Below, one piece after another: positions 19,215-29,199 of a stretch of DNA of 39,451 nt; position 1 is the first letter of the stretch, and each line of letters opens with the position of its first letter. The translations under genes were made by a program, and so were the position numbers. A model generated the notes under the pieces. That model was given only the letters and a program-made list of their open reading frames with translations, had not been told where the DNA came from and did no database searches. The DNA is from a phage, in sequence record PZ445455.1; one strand, given 5' to 3'.

Positions 19215-19372
19215 TGTCTCGTGACCTTGTTACTATTCCCCGCGATGTGTGGAACGATATGCAGGGCTACATCGACTCTCTGGAACGTGAGAACGATAGC
19301 CTTAAGAATCAACTAATGGAAGCTGACGAATACGTAGCGGAACTAGAGGAGAAACTTAATGGCACTTCTTGA
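19214..19372 (+). CDS. 5.9: gp5.9 RecBCD inhibitor
   Basis: 52 aa acidic MSRDLVTIPRDVWNDMQGYIDSLERENDSLKNQLMEADEYVAELEEKLNGTS; matches T7 gp5.9. Confidence 0.85.
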   Translation: MSRDLVTIPRDVWNDMQGYIDSLERENDSLKNQLMEADEYVAELEEKLNGTS

Positions 19373-20261
19373 CCTTAAACAGTTCTACGAGTTACGGGAA
19401 GGCTGTAACGACAAAGGTATCCTTGTGATGGATGGCGACTGGCTGGTCTTCCAAGCGATGAGTGCTGCTGAGTTTGATGCCTCATGGGAGGAAGAGATTT
19501 GGCACCGCTGCTGTGACCACGCTAAGGCCCGTCAGATTCTTGAGGATTCCATCAAGTCCTACGAGACCCGCAAGAAGGCTTGGGTAGGTGCTCCGATTGT
19601 CCTTGCGTTCACCGATAGCGTTAACTGGCGTAAAGAACTGGTTGACCCGAACTACAAGGCTAACCGTAAGGCCACCAAGAAACCTGTAGGTTACTTTGAG
19701 TTCCTTGAGGCCCTCTTTGAGCGCGAAGAGTTCTATTGCATCCGTGAGCCTATGCTTGAAGGCGATGACGTTATGGGAGTTATTGCTTCCAATCCGTCTG
19801 CATTCGGTGCGCGTAAGGCTGTAATCATCTCGTGTGATAAGGACTTTAAGACCATCCCTAACTGTGACTTCCTGTGGTGTACTACTGGTAACATCCTGAC
19901 TCAGACAGAAGAGTCCGCTGACTGGTGGCACCTCTTCCAGACAATCAAGGGTGACATCACCGATGGTTACTCAGGGATTGCCGGATGGGGTGATACTGCT
20001 GAGGACTTCTTGAATAACCCGTTCATTACCGAGCCTAAAACGTCTGTGCTTAAGTCTGGGAAGAACAAAGGCCAAGAGGTTACTAAATGGGTTAAACGTG
20101 ACCCTGAGCCACATGAGACGCTTTGGGACTGCATTAAGTCCATTGGTGCTAAGGCTGGTATGACCGAAGAGGATGTTATCAAACAGGGCCAGATGGCTCG
20201 CATCCTACGGTTCAACGAGTACAACTTTATTGACAAGGAGATTTACCTGTGGAGACCGTAG
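19359..20261 (+). CDS. 6: 5'-3' exonuclease (gp6)
   Basis: 300 aa; near-identical to T7 gp6. Confidence 0.95.
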   Translation: MALLDLKQFYELREGCNDKGILVMDGDWLVFQAMSAAEFDASWEEEIWHRCCDHAKARQILEDSIKSYETRKKAWVGAPIVLAFTDSVNWRKELVDPNYKANRKATKKPVGYFEFLEALFEREEFYCIREPMLEGDDVMGVIASNPSAFGARKAVIISCDKDFKTIPNCDFLWCTTGNILTQTEESADWWHLFQTIKGDITDGYSGIAGWGDTAEDFLNNPFITEPKTSVLKSGKNKGQEVTKWVKRDPEPHETLWDCIKSIGAKAGMTEEDVIKQGQMARILRFNEYNFIDKEIYLWRP

Positions 20262-20362
20262 CGTATATCGGCATTGGTCTTTGTGGTCTCGGAGTGTGCC
20301 TCATTGCGTGGGGCATTTGGGACCTAGCCAGAATAATCAAGTTGATACACGACACTAAGTGA
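20249..20362 (+). CDS. 6.3: gp6.3 small hydrophobic protein (37 aa)
   Basis: GTG start with ggag RBS; VETVAYIGIGLCGLGVCLIAWGIWDLARIIKLIHDTK; position as T7 gene 6.3. Confidence 0.6.
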   Translation: METVAYIGIGLCGLGVCLIAWGIWDLARIIKLIHDTK

Positions 20363-20363
20363 T

Positions 20364-20422
20364 AAACTCAAGGTCCCTAAATTAATACGACTCACTATAG
20401 GGAGATAGGGGCCTTTATGATT
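20364..20422 (+). promoter_or_regulatory. RNase III hairpin R6.5 with embedded phi6.5 promoter
   Basis: aaactcaaggtccctaaattaatacgactcactatagggagataggggcctttatgatt. Confidence 0.6.
20383..20405 (+). promoter_or_regulatory. Phage promoter phi6.5
   Basis: taatacgactcactatagggaga. Confidence 0.9.
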
Positions 20423-20459
20423 ATTACTTTAAGATTTAACCCTAAGAGGAATCTTTATC

Positions 20460-20714
20460 ATGTTAACACCTATTAACCAATTACTTAAGAACCCTAACGA
20501 TATTCCAGATGTACCTCGTGCAACCGCTGAGTATCTACAGGTTCGATTCAACTACGCGTACCTCGAAGCGTCTGGTCATATAGGACTTATGCGTGCTAAT
20601 GGTTGTAGTGAAGCCCACATCTTGGGTTTCATTCAGGGCCTACAGTATGCCTCTAACGTCATTGACGAGATTGAGTTACGCAAGGAACAACTAATAGATG
20701 ATGGGGAGGATTGA
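20460..20714 (+). CDS. 6.5: gp6.5
   Basis: 84 aa; matches T7 gp6.5. Confidence 0.85.
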   Translation: MLTPINQLLKNPNDIPDVPRATAEYLQVRFNYAYLEASGHIGLMRANGCSEAHILGFIQGLQYASNVIDEIELRKEQLIDDGED

Positions 20715-20718
20715 CCTT

Positions 20719-20985
20719 ATGTGTTTCTCACCGAAAGTTAAAGTTCCGAAGATGGATACCAATCAGATTCGAGCCGTTGAGCCAGCGCCACTGACCCAAG
20801 AAGTGTCTGGCGTAGAGTTCGGTGGGTCTTCTGATGAGACGGATACCGAAGGCACCGAAGTGTCTGGACGCAAAGACCTAAAGGTCGAACGCGATGATTC
20901 CGTAGCGAAGTCTAAAGCCAGTGGTACTGGTTCCGCCCGTATGAAATCTTCAATCCGTAAGTCCGCATTTGGAGGCAAGAAGTGA
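20719..20985 (+). CDS. 6.7: gp6.7 virion / ejected core-associated protein
   Basis: 88 aa from MCFSPKVKVPKMDTNQIRAVEP; ggagg RBS; matches T7 gp6.7. Confidence 0.85.
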   Translation: MCFSPKVKVPKMDTNQIRAVEPAPLTQEVSGVEFGGSSDETDTEGTEVSGRKDLKVERDDSVAKSKASGTGSARMKSSIRKSAFGGKK

Positions 20986-21386
20986 TGTCTGAGTTCACAT
21001 GTGTGGAAGCTGAGAGTCGCTTCCGTGCAATCCGGTGGACTGTAGAGCACCTTGGGTTGCCTAAAGGATTCGAAGGACACTTTGTGGGCTACAGCCTCTA
21101 CGTAGATGAAGTAATGGACATGTCCGGTTGTCGTGAAGAGTACATTCTGGACTCTACCGGAAAACATGTAGCGTACTTCGCGTGGTGCGTAAGCTGTGAT
21201 ATTCACCACAAGGGAGACATTCTGGATATAACGTCCGTTGTCATTAATCCTGAGGCAGACTCTAAGGGCTTACAGCGATTCCTAGCGAAACGCTTTAAGT
21301 ACCTTGCGGAACTCCACGATTGCGATTGGGTGTCTCGTTGTAAGCATGAAGGCGAGACAATGCGTGTATACTTTAAGGAGGTATAA
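20982..21386 (+). CDS. 7: gp7 host-range / virion protein
   Basis: 134 aa; matches T7 gp7. Confidence 0.85.
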   Translation: MMSEFTCVEAESRFRAIRWTVEHLGLPKGFEGHFVGYSLYVDEVMDMSGCREEYILDSTGKHVAYFAWCVSCDIHHKGDILDITSVVINPEADSKGLQRFLAKRFKYLAELHDCDWVSRCKHEGETMRVYFKEV

Positions 21387-21389
21387 GTT

Positions 21390-21692
21390 ATGGGTAAGAA
21401 AGTCAAGAAGGCCGTGAAGAAAGTCACTAAGTCCGTTAAGAAAGTCGTTAAGGAAGTGGCTCGTCCGGTTAAACAGATTGCTGGTGGTCTGGCTGGTGGC
21501 GCTGGTGAAGCACAGGTAGTTGAAGTTCCACAAGCTGCCGCAACTCCTGCTGCACAGATTGTTGACGTACCTGAGAAAGAGGTTTCCACTGAGGACGAAG
21601 CACAGACCGAAAGCGGACGTAAGAAAGCTCGCGCTGGTGGTAAGAAGTCCTTGAGTGTAGCCCGTAGCTCCGGTGGCGGCATCAATATTTAA
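21390..21692 (+). CDS. 7.3: gp7.3 tail-associated protein
   Basis: 100 aa, Lys/Ala/Gly-rich; matches T7 gp7.3. Confidence 0.85.
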   Translation: MGKKVKKAVKKVTKSVKKVVKEVARPVKQIAGGLAGGAGEAQVVEVPQAAATPAAQIVDVPEKEVSTEDEAQTESGRKKARAGGKKSLSVARSSGGGINI

Positions 21693-21706
21693 TCAGGAGG
21701 TGACAC

Positions 21707-23317
21707 ATGGCTGAGAAGCGTAAAGGTCTAGCCGAGGAAGGTGCAAAGTCGGTATATGAACGATTGAAGAACGACCGCGCTCCGTATGAGACTCGTGCTC
21801 AAAACTGCGCTCAGTACACCATTCCGTCCCTCTTCCCTAAGGATTCCGACAACTCATCCACAGACTACACAACTCCGTGGCAAGCTGTGGGTGCTCGCGG
21901 TCTCAATAACTTGGCCTCTAAGCTCATGCTGGCTCTCTTCCCGATGCAAACGTGGATGAAACTGACCATCTCTGAGTATGAGGCTAAACAGTTACTGAAT
22001 GACCCCGATGGACTCGCTAAGGTCGATGAGGGTCTCTCGATGGTAGAGCGTATCATCATGAACTACATTGAGTCTAACAGTTACCGAGTGACTCTCTTTG
22101 AGGCTCTCAAACAGTTAGTCGTAGCTGGTAACGTCCTGCTGTACCTACCGGAACCGGAAGGGTCAAACTATAATCCCATGAAGCTGTACCGATTGTCTTC
22201 TTATGTGGTCCAACGAGACGCATTTGGCAACGTTCTGCAAATGGTGACTCGTGACCAGATAGCTTTCGGTGCTCTCCCTGAGGACATCCGTAAGGCTGTA
22301 GAAGGCAAAGGTGGAGAGAAGAAAGCTGATGAGACAATCGATGTGTACACTCACATCTATCTGGACGAAGACTCTGGTGAGTATGTCCGATATGAAGAGG
22401 TAGAGGGCATGGAGGTTCAAGGCTCCGATGGGACTTACCCTAAAGAGGCTTGCCCATACATCCCGATTCGGATGGTTCGACTGGACGGAGAATCCTACGG
22501 TCGTTCGTACATTGAGGAGTACTTAGGTGACTTACGGTCCCTTGAGAACCTCCAAGAGGCTATCGTCAAGATGTCAATGATTAGCTCTAAGGTTATCGGC
22601 TTAGTGAATCCTGCTGGTATAACCCAGCCACGCCGACTGACCAAAGCTCAGACTGGTGACTTCGTTACTGGTCGTCCAGAAGACATCTCGTTCCTCCAAC
22701 TGGAGAAGCAAGCAGACTTTACTGTAGCTAAAGCCGTAAGTGACGCTATCGAGGCTCGCCTTTCGTTTGCCTTTATGTTGAACTCTGCTGTTCAGCGCAC
22801 AGGTGAACGTGTGACCGCCGAAGAGATTCGGTATGTCGCTTCTGAACTTGAAGATACTTTAGGTGGTGTCTACTCTATCCTTTCTCAAGAACTACAATTG
22901 CCTCTGGTACGAGTGCTCTTGAAGCAACTACAAGCCACGCAACAGATTCCTGAGTTACCTAAGGAAGCCGTAGAGCCAACCATTAGTACAGGTCTGGAAG
23001 CAATCGGTCGTGGTCAAGACCTTGATAAGCTGGAGCGTTGTGTCACTGCGTGGGCTGCTCTTGCTCCTATGCGTGATGACCCTGACATCAACCTTGCAAT
23101 GATTAAGCTGCGTATTGCCAACGCTATCGGCATTGACACTTCTGGCATTCTACTCACCGAAGAACAGAAGCAACAGAAGATGGTCCAACAGTCTACGCAA
23201 ATGGGTATGGATAACGGTGCTTCTGCGCTGGCTCAAGGCATGGCTGCACAGGCTACAGCCTCACCTGAGGCTATGGTTGCTGCCGCTGATTCCGTAGGTC
23301 TACAGCCGGGAATTTAA
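21707..23317 (+). CDS. 8: Head-tail connector (portal) protein gp8
   Basis: 536 aa; near-identical to T7 gp8. Confidence 0.97.
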   Translation: MAEKRKGLAEEGAKSVYERLKNDRAPYETRAQNCAQYTIPSLFPKDSDNSSTDYTTPWQAVGARGLNNLASKLMLALFPMQTWMKLTISEYEAKQLLNDPDGLAKVDEGLSMVERIIMNYIESNSYRVTLFEALKQLVVAGNVLLYLPEPEGSNYNPMKLYRLSSYVVQRDAFGNVLQMVTRDQIAFGALPEDIRKAVEGKGGEKKADETIDVYTHIYLDEDSGEYVRYEEVEGMEVQGSDGTYPKEACPYIPIRMVRLDGESYGRSYIEEYLGDLRSLENLQEAIVKMSMISSKVIGLVNPAGITQPRRLTKAQTGDFVTGRPEDISFLQLEKQADFTVAKAVSDAIEARLSFAFMLNSAVQRTGERVTAEEIRYVASELEDTLGGVYSILSQELQLPLVRVLLKQLQATQQIPELPKEAVEPTISTGLEAIGRGQDLDKLERCVTAWAALAPMRDDPDINLAMIKLRIANAIGIDTSGILLTEEQKQQKMVQQSTQMGMDNGASALAQGMAAQATASPEAMVAAADSVGLQPGI

Positions 23318-23337
23318 TACGACTCACTATAGGGAGA
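23315..23337 (+). promoter_or_regulatory. Phage promoter phi9
   Basis: taatacgactcactatagggaga; TAA stop of gene 8 is the first 3 nt. Confidence 0.9.
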
Positions 23338-23416
23338 CCTCATCTTTGAAATGAGCGATGACAAGAGGTTGGAGTCCTCGGTCTTCCTGTAGTTCAACTT
23401 TAAGGAGACAATAATA

Positions 23417-24340
23417 ATGGCTGAATCTAATGCAGACGTATATGCATCTTTTGGCGTGAACTCCGCTGTGATGTCTGGTGGTTCCGTTGAGGAACATGAA
23501 CAGAACATGCTGGCTCTTGATGTTGCTGCCCGTGATGGCGATGATGCAATCGAGTTAGCGTCCGACGAAGTGGAAACAGAACGTGACCTGTATGACAACT
23601 CTGACCCATTCGGTCAAGAGGACGATGAGGGCCGCATTCAGGTTCGTATTGGTGATGGCTCTGAGCCGACCGATGTGGACACTGGAGAAGAAGGCTTTGA
23701 GGGCACCGAAGGTTCCGAAGAATTTACCCCACTGGGCGAGACTCCAGAAGAACTGGTAGCTGCATCTGAGCAACTTGGCGAGCACGAAGAGGGCTTCCAA
23801 GAGATGATTAACATTGCTGCCGAGCGGGGCATGAGCGTCGAGACCATTGAGGCCATCCAGCGTGAGTACGAGGAGAACGAAGAGTTGTCCGCTGAGTCCT
23901 ACGCTAAGCTGTCTGAAATTGGCTACACGAAGGCTTTCATTGACTCGTATATCCGTGGTCAAGAAGCTCTGGTGGAGCAGTACGTAAACAGTGTCATTGA
24001 GTACGCTGGTGGTCGTGAACGTTTTGACGCACTGTATAATCACCTTGAGACGCACAACCCTGAGGCTGCACAGTCGCTGGACAATGCGTTGACCAATCGT
24101 GACTTAGCGACAGTTAAAGCCATCATCAACTTGGCTGGTGAGTCTCGCGCTAAGGCGTTCGGTCGTAAGCCAACTCGTAGTGTGACTAATCGTGCTATTC
24201 CGGCTAAACCTCAGGCTACCAAGCGTGAAGGCTTTGCGGACCGTAGCGAGATGATTAAAGCTATGAGTGACCCTCGGTATCGCACAGATGCCAACTATCG
24301 TCGTCAAGTCGAACAGAAAGTAATCGATTCGAACTTCTGA
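23417..24340 (+). CDS. 9: Capsid assembly (scaffolding) protein gp9
   Basis: 307 aa acidic; near-identical to T7 gp9. Confidence 0.95.
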   Translation: MAESNADVYASFGVNSAVMSGGSVEEHEQNMLALDVAARDGDDAIELASDEVETERDLYDNSDPFGQEDDEGRIQVRIGDGSEPTDVDTGEEGFEGTEGSEEFTPLGETPEELVAASEQLGEHEEGFQEMINIAAERGMSVETIEAIQREYEENEELSAESYAKLSEIGYTKAFIDSYIRGQEALVEQYVNSVIEYAGGRERFDALYNHLETHNPEAAQSLDNALTNRDLATVKAIINLAGESRAKAFGRKPTRSVTNRAIPAKPQATKREGFADRSEMIKAMSDPRYRTDANYRRQVEQKVIDSNF

Positions 24341-24353
24341 TAGACCCTGAAAT

Positions 24354-24376
24354 TAATACGACTCACTATAGGGAGA
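24354..24376 (+). promoter_or_regulatory. Phage promoter phi10 (strong late promoter)
   Basis: taatacgactcactatagggaga followed by the ...tttaactttcttaagaaggagacatacat ATG leader. Confidence 0.92.
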
Positions 24377-24438
24377 CCACAACGGTTTCCCTCTAGAAAT
24401 TATTCTTTGTTTAACTTTCTTAAGAAGGAGACATACAT

Positions 24439-25482
24439 ATGGCTAACATGACTGGTGGACAGCAAATGGGTACTAACCAAGGTAAAGGCGTAAGTACTGG
24501 TTCTGCCGATAAACTGGCGTTGTTCTTGAAGGTATTTGGCGGTGAAGTTCTGACTGCATTCGCTCGTACCTCTGTGACCACTTCTCGCCACATGGTCCGC
24601 TCCATCTCCAGCGGCAAATCTGCTCAGTTCCCTGTTCTGGGTCGCACTCAGGCAGCGTATCTGGCTCCGGGTGAGAACCTCGACGATAAACGTAAGGACA
24701 TCAAACACACCGAGAAGGTAATCACCATTGATGGTCTCCTGACGGCTGACGTTCTGATTTACGATATTGAGGACGCGATGAACCACTATGACGTTCGCTC
24801 TGAGTACACCTCTCAGTTAGGTGAATCTCTGGCGATGGCTGCGGACGGTGCTGTTCTGGCTGAGATTGCTGGTCTGTGTAACTTGACGAGCACCCATAAC
24901 GAGAACATTGAGGGCTTAGGTTCCGCAACTGTAATTTCAACCACTCAGAACAAGGCAGCACTTACCGACCAAGTTGCGCTGGGTAAGGAGATTATTGCAG
25001 CTCTGACGAAGGCTCGTGCGGCTCTGACTAAGAACTACGTTCCTACTGCTGACCGTGTGTTCTACTGCGACCCAGATAGCTACTCTGCGATTCTGGCAGC
25101 ACTGATGCCGAACGCTGCAAACTACGCTGCTCTGATTGACCCTGAGAAGGGTTCTATCCGAAACGTTATGGGCTTTGAGGTTGTAGAAGTTCCTCACCTC
25201 ACTGCTGGTGGCGCTGGTACTAAGCGTGATGGGACAAATGAAGGTCAGAAGCACTCTTTCCCAGCTGAATACGCGAGTGGTACCGCTGAGGTAGCTAAGG
25301 ACAACGTTATCGGCCTGTTCATGCATCGTTCTGCGGTTGGTACTGTGAAGCTGCGTGACTTGGCGCTGGAACGCGCTCGTCGAGCTAACTTCCAAGCTGA
25401 CCAAATCATCGCGAAGTACGCAATGGGTCACGGTGGCCTGCGCCCAGAAGCTGCTGGTGCTGTGGTTTTCGCACAAGCGTAA
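24439..25482 (+). CDS. 10: Major capsid protein gp10A
   Basis: 347 aa from MANMTGGQQMGTNQGKG; T7 capsid homolog with a few substituted patches. Confidence 0.97.
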   Translation: MANMTGGQQMGTNQGKGVSTGSADKLALFLKVFGGEVLTAFARTSVTTSRHMVRSISSGKSAQFPVLGRTQAAYLAPGENLDDKRKDIKHTEKVITIDGLLTADVLIYDIEDAMNHYDVRSEYTSQLGESLAMAADGAVLAEIAGLCNLTSTHNENIEGLGSATVISTTQNKAALTDQVALGKEIIAALTKARAALTKNYVPTADRVFYCDPDSYSAILAALMPNAANYAALIDPEKGSIRNVMGFEVVEVPHLTAGGAGTKRDGTNEGQKHSFPAEYASGTAEVAKDNVIGLFMHRSAVGTVKLRDLALERARRANFQADQIIAKYAMGHGGLRPEAAGAVVFAQA

Positions 25483-25637
25483 TGCAAGAAGTGACCTCAA
25501 CGGTCGCTGCTAGTACCGAAGAGGTAAGCATTACTGCCGAAGAGAGTCTAACGCCAGCACAGAAGGCTGCACGCACTCGCGCTGCTAACAAAGCCCGAAA
25601 GGAAGCTGAGTTGGCTGCTGCCACTGCTGAGCAATAA
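24439..25637 (+). CDS. 10: Minor capsid protein gp10B (predicted -1 frameshift extension of 10A)
   Basis: -1 frame continues from ggttttc (25464-25470) to TAA at 25635-25637, encoding ...TRAANKARKEAELAAATAEQ as in T7 10B. Confidence 0.6.
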
Positions 25638-25685
25638 CTAGCATACCCCCTTGGGGCCTCTAAACGGGTCTTGAGGGGTTTTTTG
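25638..25685 (+). terminator. Late terminator Tphi
   Basis: ctagcataccccttggggcctctaaacgggtcttgaggggttttttg: classic T7 terminator hairpin plus U-tract. Confidence 0.92.
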
Positions 25686-25702
25686 CTTAAAGGAGGAACT
25701 AT

Positions 25703-26293
25703 ATGCGCTCATACGATATGAACGTTGAGACTGCCGCTGAGTTATCCGCTGTGAACGACATTCTGGCATCTATCGGTGAACCTCCGGTATCAACGCTGGA
25801 AGGTGACGCTAACGCAGATGTAGCGAACGCTCGGCGTATTCTCAACAAGATTAACCGTCAGATTCAGTCTCGTGGCTGGACGTTCAACATTGAGGAAGGC
25901 ATAACGCTATTACCTGATGTTTACTCCAACCTGATTGTATACAGTGACGATTATCTGTCCCTAATGGCTACTTCCGGTCAATCAATCTACGTTAACCGAG
26001 GTGGCTATGTGTATGACCGAACGAGTCAATCAGACCGCTTTGACTCTGGTATTACTGTGAACATTATCCGTCTCCGAGACTACGATGAGATGCCTGAGTG
26101 TTTCCGTTACTGGATTGTCACTAAGGCTTCCCGTCAGTTCAACAACCGATTCTTTGGGGCACCGGAAGTAGAGGGTGTACTTCAAGAAGAGGAAGATGAG
26201 GCTCGACGTCTCTGCATGGAGTACGAAGTGGACTACGGTGGGTACAATATGCTGGATGGTGATGCGTTCACTTCTGGTCTACTGACTCGCTAA
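25703..26293 (+). CDS. 11: Tail tubular protein A (gp11)
   Basis: 196 aa; near-identical to T7 gp11. Confidence 0.95.
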   Translation: MRSYDMNVETAAELSAVNDILASIGEPPVSTLEGDANADVANARRILNKINRQIQSRGWTFNIEEGITLLPDVYSNLIVYSDDYLSLMATSGQSIYVNRGGYVYDRTSQSDRFDSGITVNIIRLRDYDEMPECFRYWIVTKASRQFNNRFFGAPEVEGVLQEEEDEARRLCMEYEVDYGGYNMLDGDAFTSGLLTR

Positions 26294-26313
26294 TAATCAA
26301 TAAGGAGGCTCTA

Positions 26314-28698
26314 ATGGCACTCATTAGCCAATCAATCAAGAACTTGAAGGGTGGTATCAGCCAACAGCCTGACATCCTTCGTTATCCAGACCAAGGGTCA
26401 CGCCAAGTTAACGGTTGGTCTTCGGAGACCGAGGGCCTCCAAAAGCGTCCACCTCTGGTTTTCCTTAAGACACTGGGAGGTAGTGGCGACTTAGGACAAG
26501 CACCTTACATTCACCTGATTAACCGTGATGAGAACGAACAGTATTACGCTGTGTTCACTGGTACGGGAATCCGTGTGTTTGACCTTGCCGGTAACGAGAA
26601 GCAAGTTAGGTATCCTAACGGTTCCAACTACATCCAGACCGCTCAGCCGCGTAACGACCTGCGAATGGTCACTGTAGCAGACTATACGTTCATCGTTAAC
26701 CGTAACGTTGTTGTACAGAAGGACCCACTTTATATCAACTTACCGAATTATAACCCTAAGCAGGACGCTCTGATAAACGTTCGCGGTGGTCAGTATGGTC
26801 GTACCTTACAGATTATGATTAACGGTGGTACACAAGCCTCCTATCAGATTCCTGATGGTTCACAGCCAGCACACGTTAATAACACGGACGCTCAGTGGTT
26901 AGCAGAAGAGTTGGCTCGCCAGTGTAGAGCAAATGCTCCGGGATGGACCTTCAATGTTGGGCAGGGTTTTATCCACATCGTAGCACCTTCTGGTCAACAG
27001 ATTGATTCCCTGATGACTAAGGATGGCTATGCTGACCAATTGATTAACCCTGTTACCCACTACGCTCAGTCGTTCTCTAAGTTGCCACCTAATGCCCCTA
27101 ACGGCTACATGGTGAAAATCGTAGGGGACGCCTCTAAGTCTGCCGACCAGTATTACGTTAGGTATGACGCTGAGCGGAAAGTTTGGGCTGAGACTTTAGG
27201 TTGGAACACTGAGGACCAAGTTCTATGGAACACCATGCCACACGCTCTTGTGCGAGCCTCTGATGGTAATTTCGACTTCAAGTGGCTTGAGTGGTCTCCT
27301 AAGTCTTGTGGTGACGTTGATACTAACCCTTGGCCTTCTTTTGTTGGTTCAAGTATCAACGATGTGTTCTTCTTCCGTAACCGTTTAGGTTTCCTTAGTG
27401 GTGAGAATATCATCCTTAGTAGAACAGCTAAGTATTTTAACTTCTACCCAGCGTCAATCGCAAACTTGAGTGATGATGACCCAATCGACGTAGCTGTAAG
27501 TACCAACCGAATCGCAATCCTTAAGTATGCCGTTCCGTTCTCCGAAGAGTTACTCATCTGGTCAGACGAAGCGCAATTTGTCTTGACGGCATCTGGTACG
27601 CTTACTGCACGTTCCGTTGAGTTGAACCTAACGACTCAGTTTGACGTACAGGACCGAGCGAGACCTTTTGGGATTGGGCGTAATGTTTACTTTGCTAGTC
27701 CGAGGTCCAGCTTCACGTCCATCCACAGGTACTACGCTGTGCAGGATGTAAGCTCCGTTAAGAACGCTGAGGACATTACAGCACACGTTCCTAACTACAT
27801 CCCTAATGGTGTGTTCAGTATCTGCGGTAGCGGTACGGAAAACTTCTGTTCGGTATTATCTAACGGGGACCCAAGTAAAATCTTCATGTACAAATTCCTG
27901 TATCTGAACGAAGAGTTAAGGCAACAGTCGTGGTCTCATTGGGACTTTGGGGAAAACGTACAGGTTCTAGCGTGTCAGAGTATCGGCTCAGATATGTATG
28001 TTATTCTTCGCAATGAGTTCAATACGTTCCTAGCTAGAATCTCTTTCACTAAGAACGCCATTGACTTACGAGGCGAACCTTACCGTGCCTTTATGGACAT
28101 GAAGATTCGCTACACGATTCCGAGTGGAACATACAACGATGACACGTTCACTACCTCTATCCATATTCCAACCATTTATGGTGCAAACTTCGGGAGGGAC
28201 AAAATCACCGTATTGGAGCCTGATGGTAAGATAACCGTATGTGAGCAACCAACTGGTGGGTGGAACAGTGACCCTTGGCTGAGACTCAGCGGTAACTTAG
28301 AGGGACGTGAAGTGTTCATTGGGTTCAACATCCACTTCGTCTATGAGTTCTCTAAGTTCCTCATCAAGCAAACTGCCGACGATGGGTCTACCTCCACGGA
28401 AGACATTGGGCGATTACAGTTACGCCGAGCGTGGGTGAACTATGAGGATTCTGGAGCGTTCGACATTTATGTTGAGAACCAATCGTCCAACTGGAAGTAC
28501 ACAATGGCTGGTGCCCGCTTAGGCTCTAACAGTCTGAGGGCAGGTCGGCTGAACTTAGGGACCGGACAATACCGATTCCCTGTGGTGGGCAACGCTAAGT
28601 TCAATACCGTATACATCGTGTCAGATGCGACTACCCCTCTGAACATCATTGGGTGTGGCTGGGAAGGTAACTACTTACGGAGAAGTTCCGGTATTTAA
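26314..28698 (+). CDS. 12: Tail tubular protein B (gp12)
   Basis: 794 aa; near-identical to T7 gp12. Confidence 0.95.
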   Translation: MALISQSIKNLKGGISQQPDILRYPDQGSRQVNGWSSETEGLQKRPPLVFLKTLGGSGDLGQAPYIHLINRDENEQYYAVFTGTGIRVFDLAGNEKQVRYPNGSNYIQTAQPRNDLRMVTVADYTFIVNRNVVVQKDPLYINLPNYNPKQDALINVRGGQYGRTLQIMINGGTQASYQIPDGSQPAHVNNTDAQWLAEELARQCRANAPGWTFNVGQGFIHIVAPSGQQIDSLMTKDGYADQLINPVTHYAQSFSKLPPNAPNGYMVKIVGDASKSADQYYVRYDAERKVWAETLGWNTEDQVLWNTMPHALVRASDGNFDFKWLEWSPKSCGDVDTNPWPSFVGSSINDVFFFRNRLGFLSGENIILSRTAKYFNFYPASIANLSDDDPIDVAVSTNRIAILKYAVPFSEELLIWSDEAQFVLTASGTLTARSVELNLTTQFDVQDRARPFGIGRNVYFASPRSSFTSIHRYYAVQDVSSVKNAEDITAHVPNYIPNGVFSICGSGTENFCSVLSNGDPSKIFMYKFLYLNEELRQQSWSHWDFGENVQVLACQSIGSDMYVILRNEFNTFLARISFTKNAIDLRGEPYRAFMDMKIRYTIPSGTYNDDTFTTSIHIPTIYGANFGRDKITVLEPDGKITVCEQPTGGWNSDPWLRLSGNLEGREVFIGFNIHFVYEFSKFLIKQTADDGSTSTEDIGRLQLRRAWVNYEDSGAFDIYVENQSSNWKYTMAGARLGSNSLRAGRLNLGTGQYRFPVVGNAKFNTVYIVSDATTPLNIIGCGWEGNYLRRSSGI

Positions 28699-28728
28699 TT
28701 AAATGTTCTCCCTGTGGTGGCTCGAAAT

Positions 28729-28751
28729 TAATACGACTCACTATAGGGAGA
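28729..28751 (+). promoter_or_regulatory. Phage promoter phi13
   Basis: taatacgactcactatagggaga. Confidence 0.9.
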
Positions 28752-28778
28752 ACAATACGACTACGGGAGGGTTTTCTT

Positions 28779-29195
28779 ATGATGACTATAAGACCTACTA
28801 AAAGTAAAGACTTTGAGGTATTCACTCCGGCTCACCATGACATTCTTGAAGCTAAGGCTGCTGGTATTGAGCCGAGTTTCCCTGATGCTTCCGAGTGTGT
28901 CACGTTGAGCCTCTATGGATTCCCTCTAGCTATCGGTGGTAACTACGGGGACCAGTGCTGGTTCGTAACGAGCGACCAAGTGTGGAGACTTAGTGGAAAA
29001 GCTAAGCGAGAGTTCCGTAAGTTAATCATGGAGTATCGCGATAAGATGCTTGAGAAGTATGATACTCTTTGGAATTACGTATGGGTAGGCAATACGTCCC
29101 ACATTCGTTTCCTCAAGACTATCGGTGCGGTATTCCATGAAGAGTACACACGAGATGGTCAATTTCAATTATTCACAATAACGAAAGGAGGATAA
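28779..29195 (+). CDS. 13: gp13 virion protein
   Basis: 138 aa; matches T7 gp13. Confidence 0.9.
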   Translation: MMTIRPTKSKDFEVFTPAHHDILEAKAAGIEPSFPDASECVTLSLYGFPLAIGGNYGDQCWFVTSDQVWRLSGKAKREFRKLIMEYRDKMLEKYDTLWNYVWVGNTSHIRFLKTIGAVFHEEYTRDGQFQLFTITKGG

Positions 29196-29199
29196 CCAT

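Noticed and set aside
20173-20358. 61-aa track ORF overlapping the gene 6 3' end
   Set aside because: Alternate frame without an RBS; the recognisable gene 6.3 is in a different frame (20249-20362) with a GTG start and ggag RBS.
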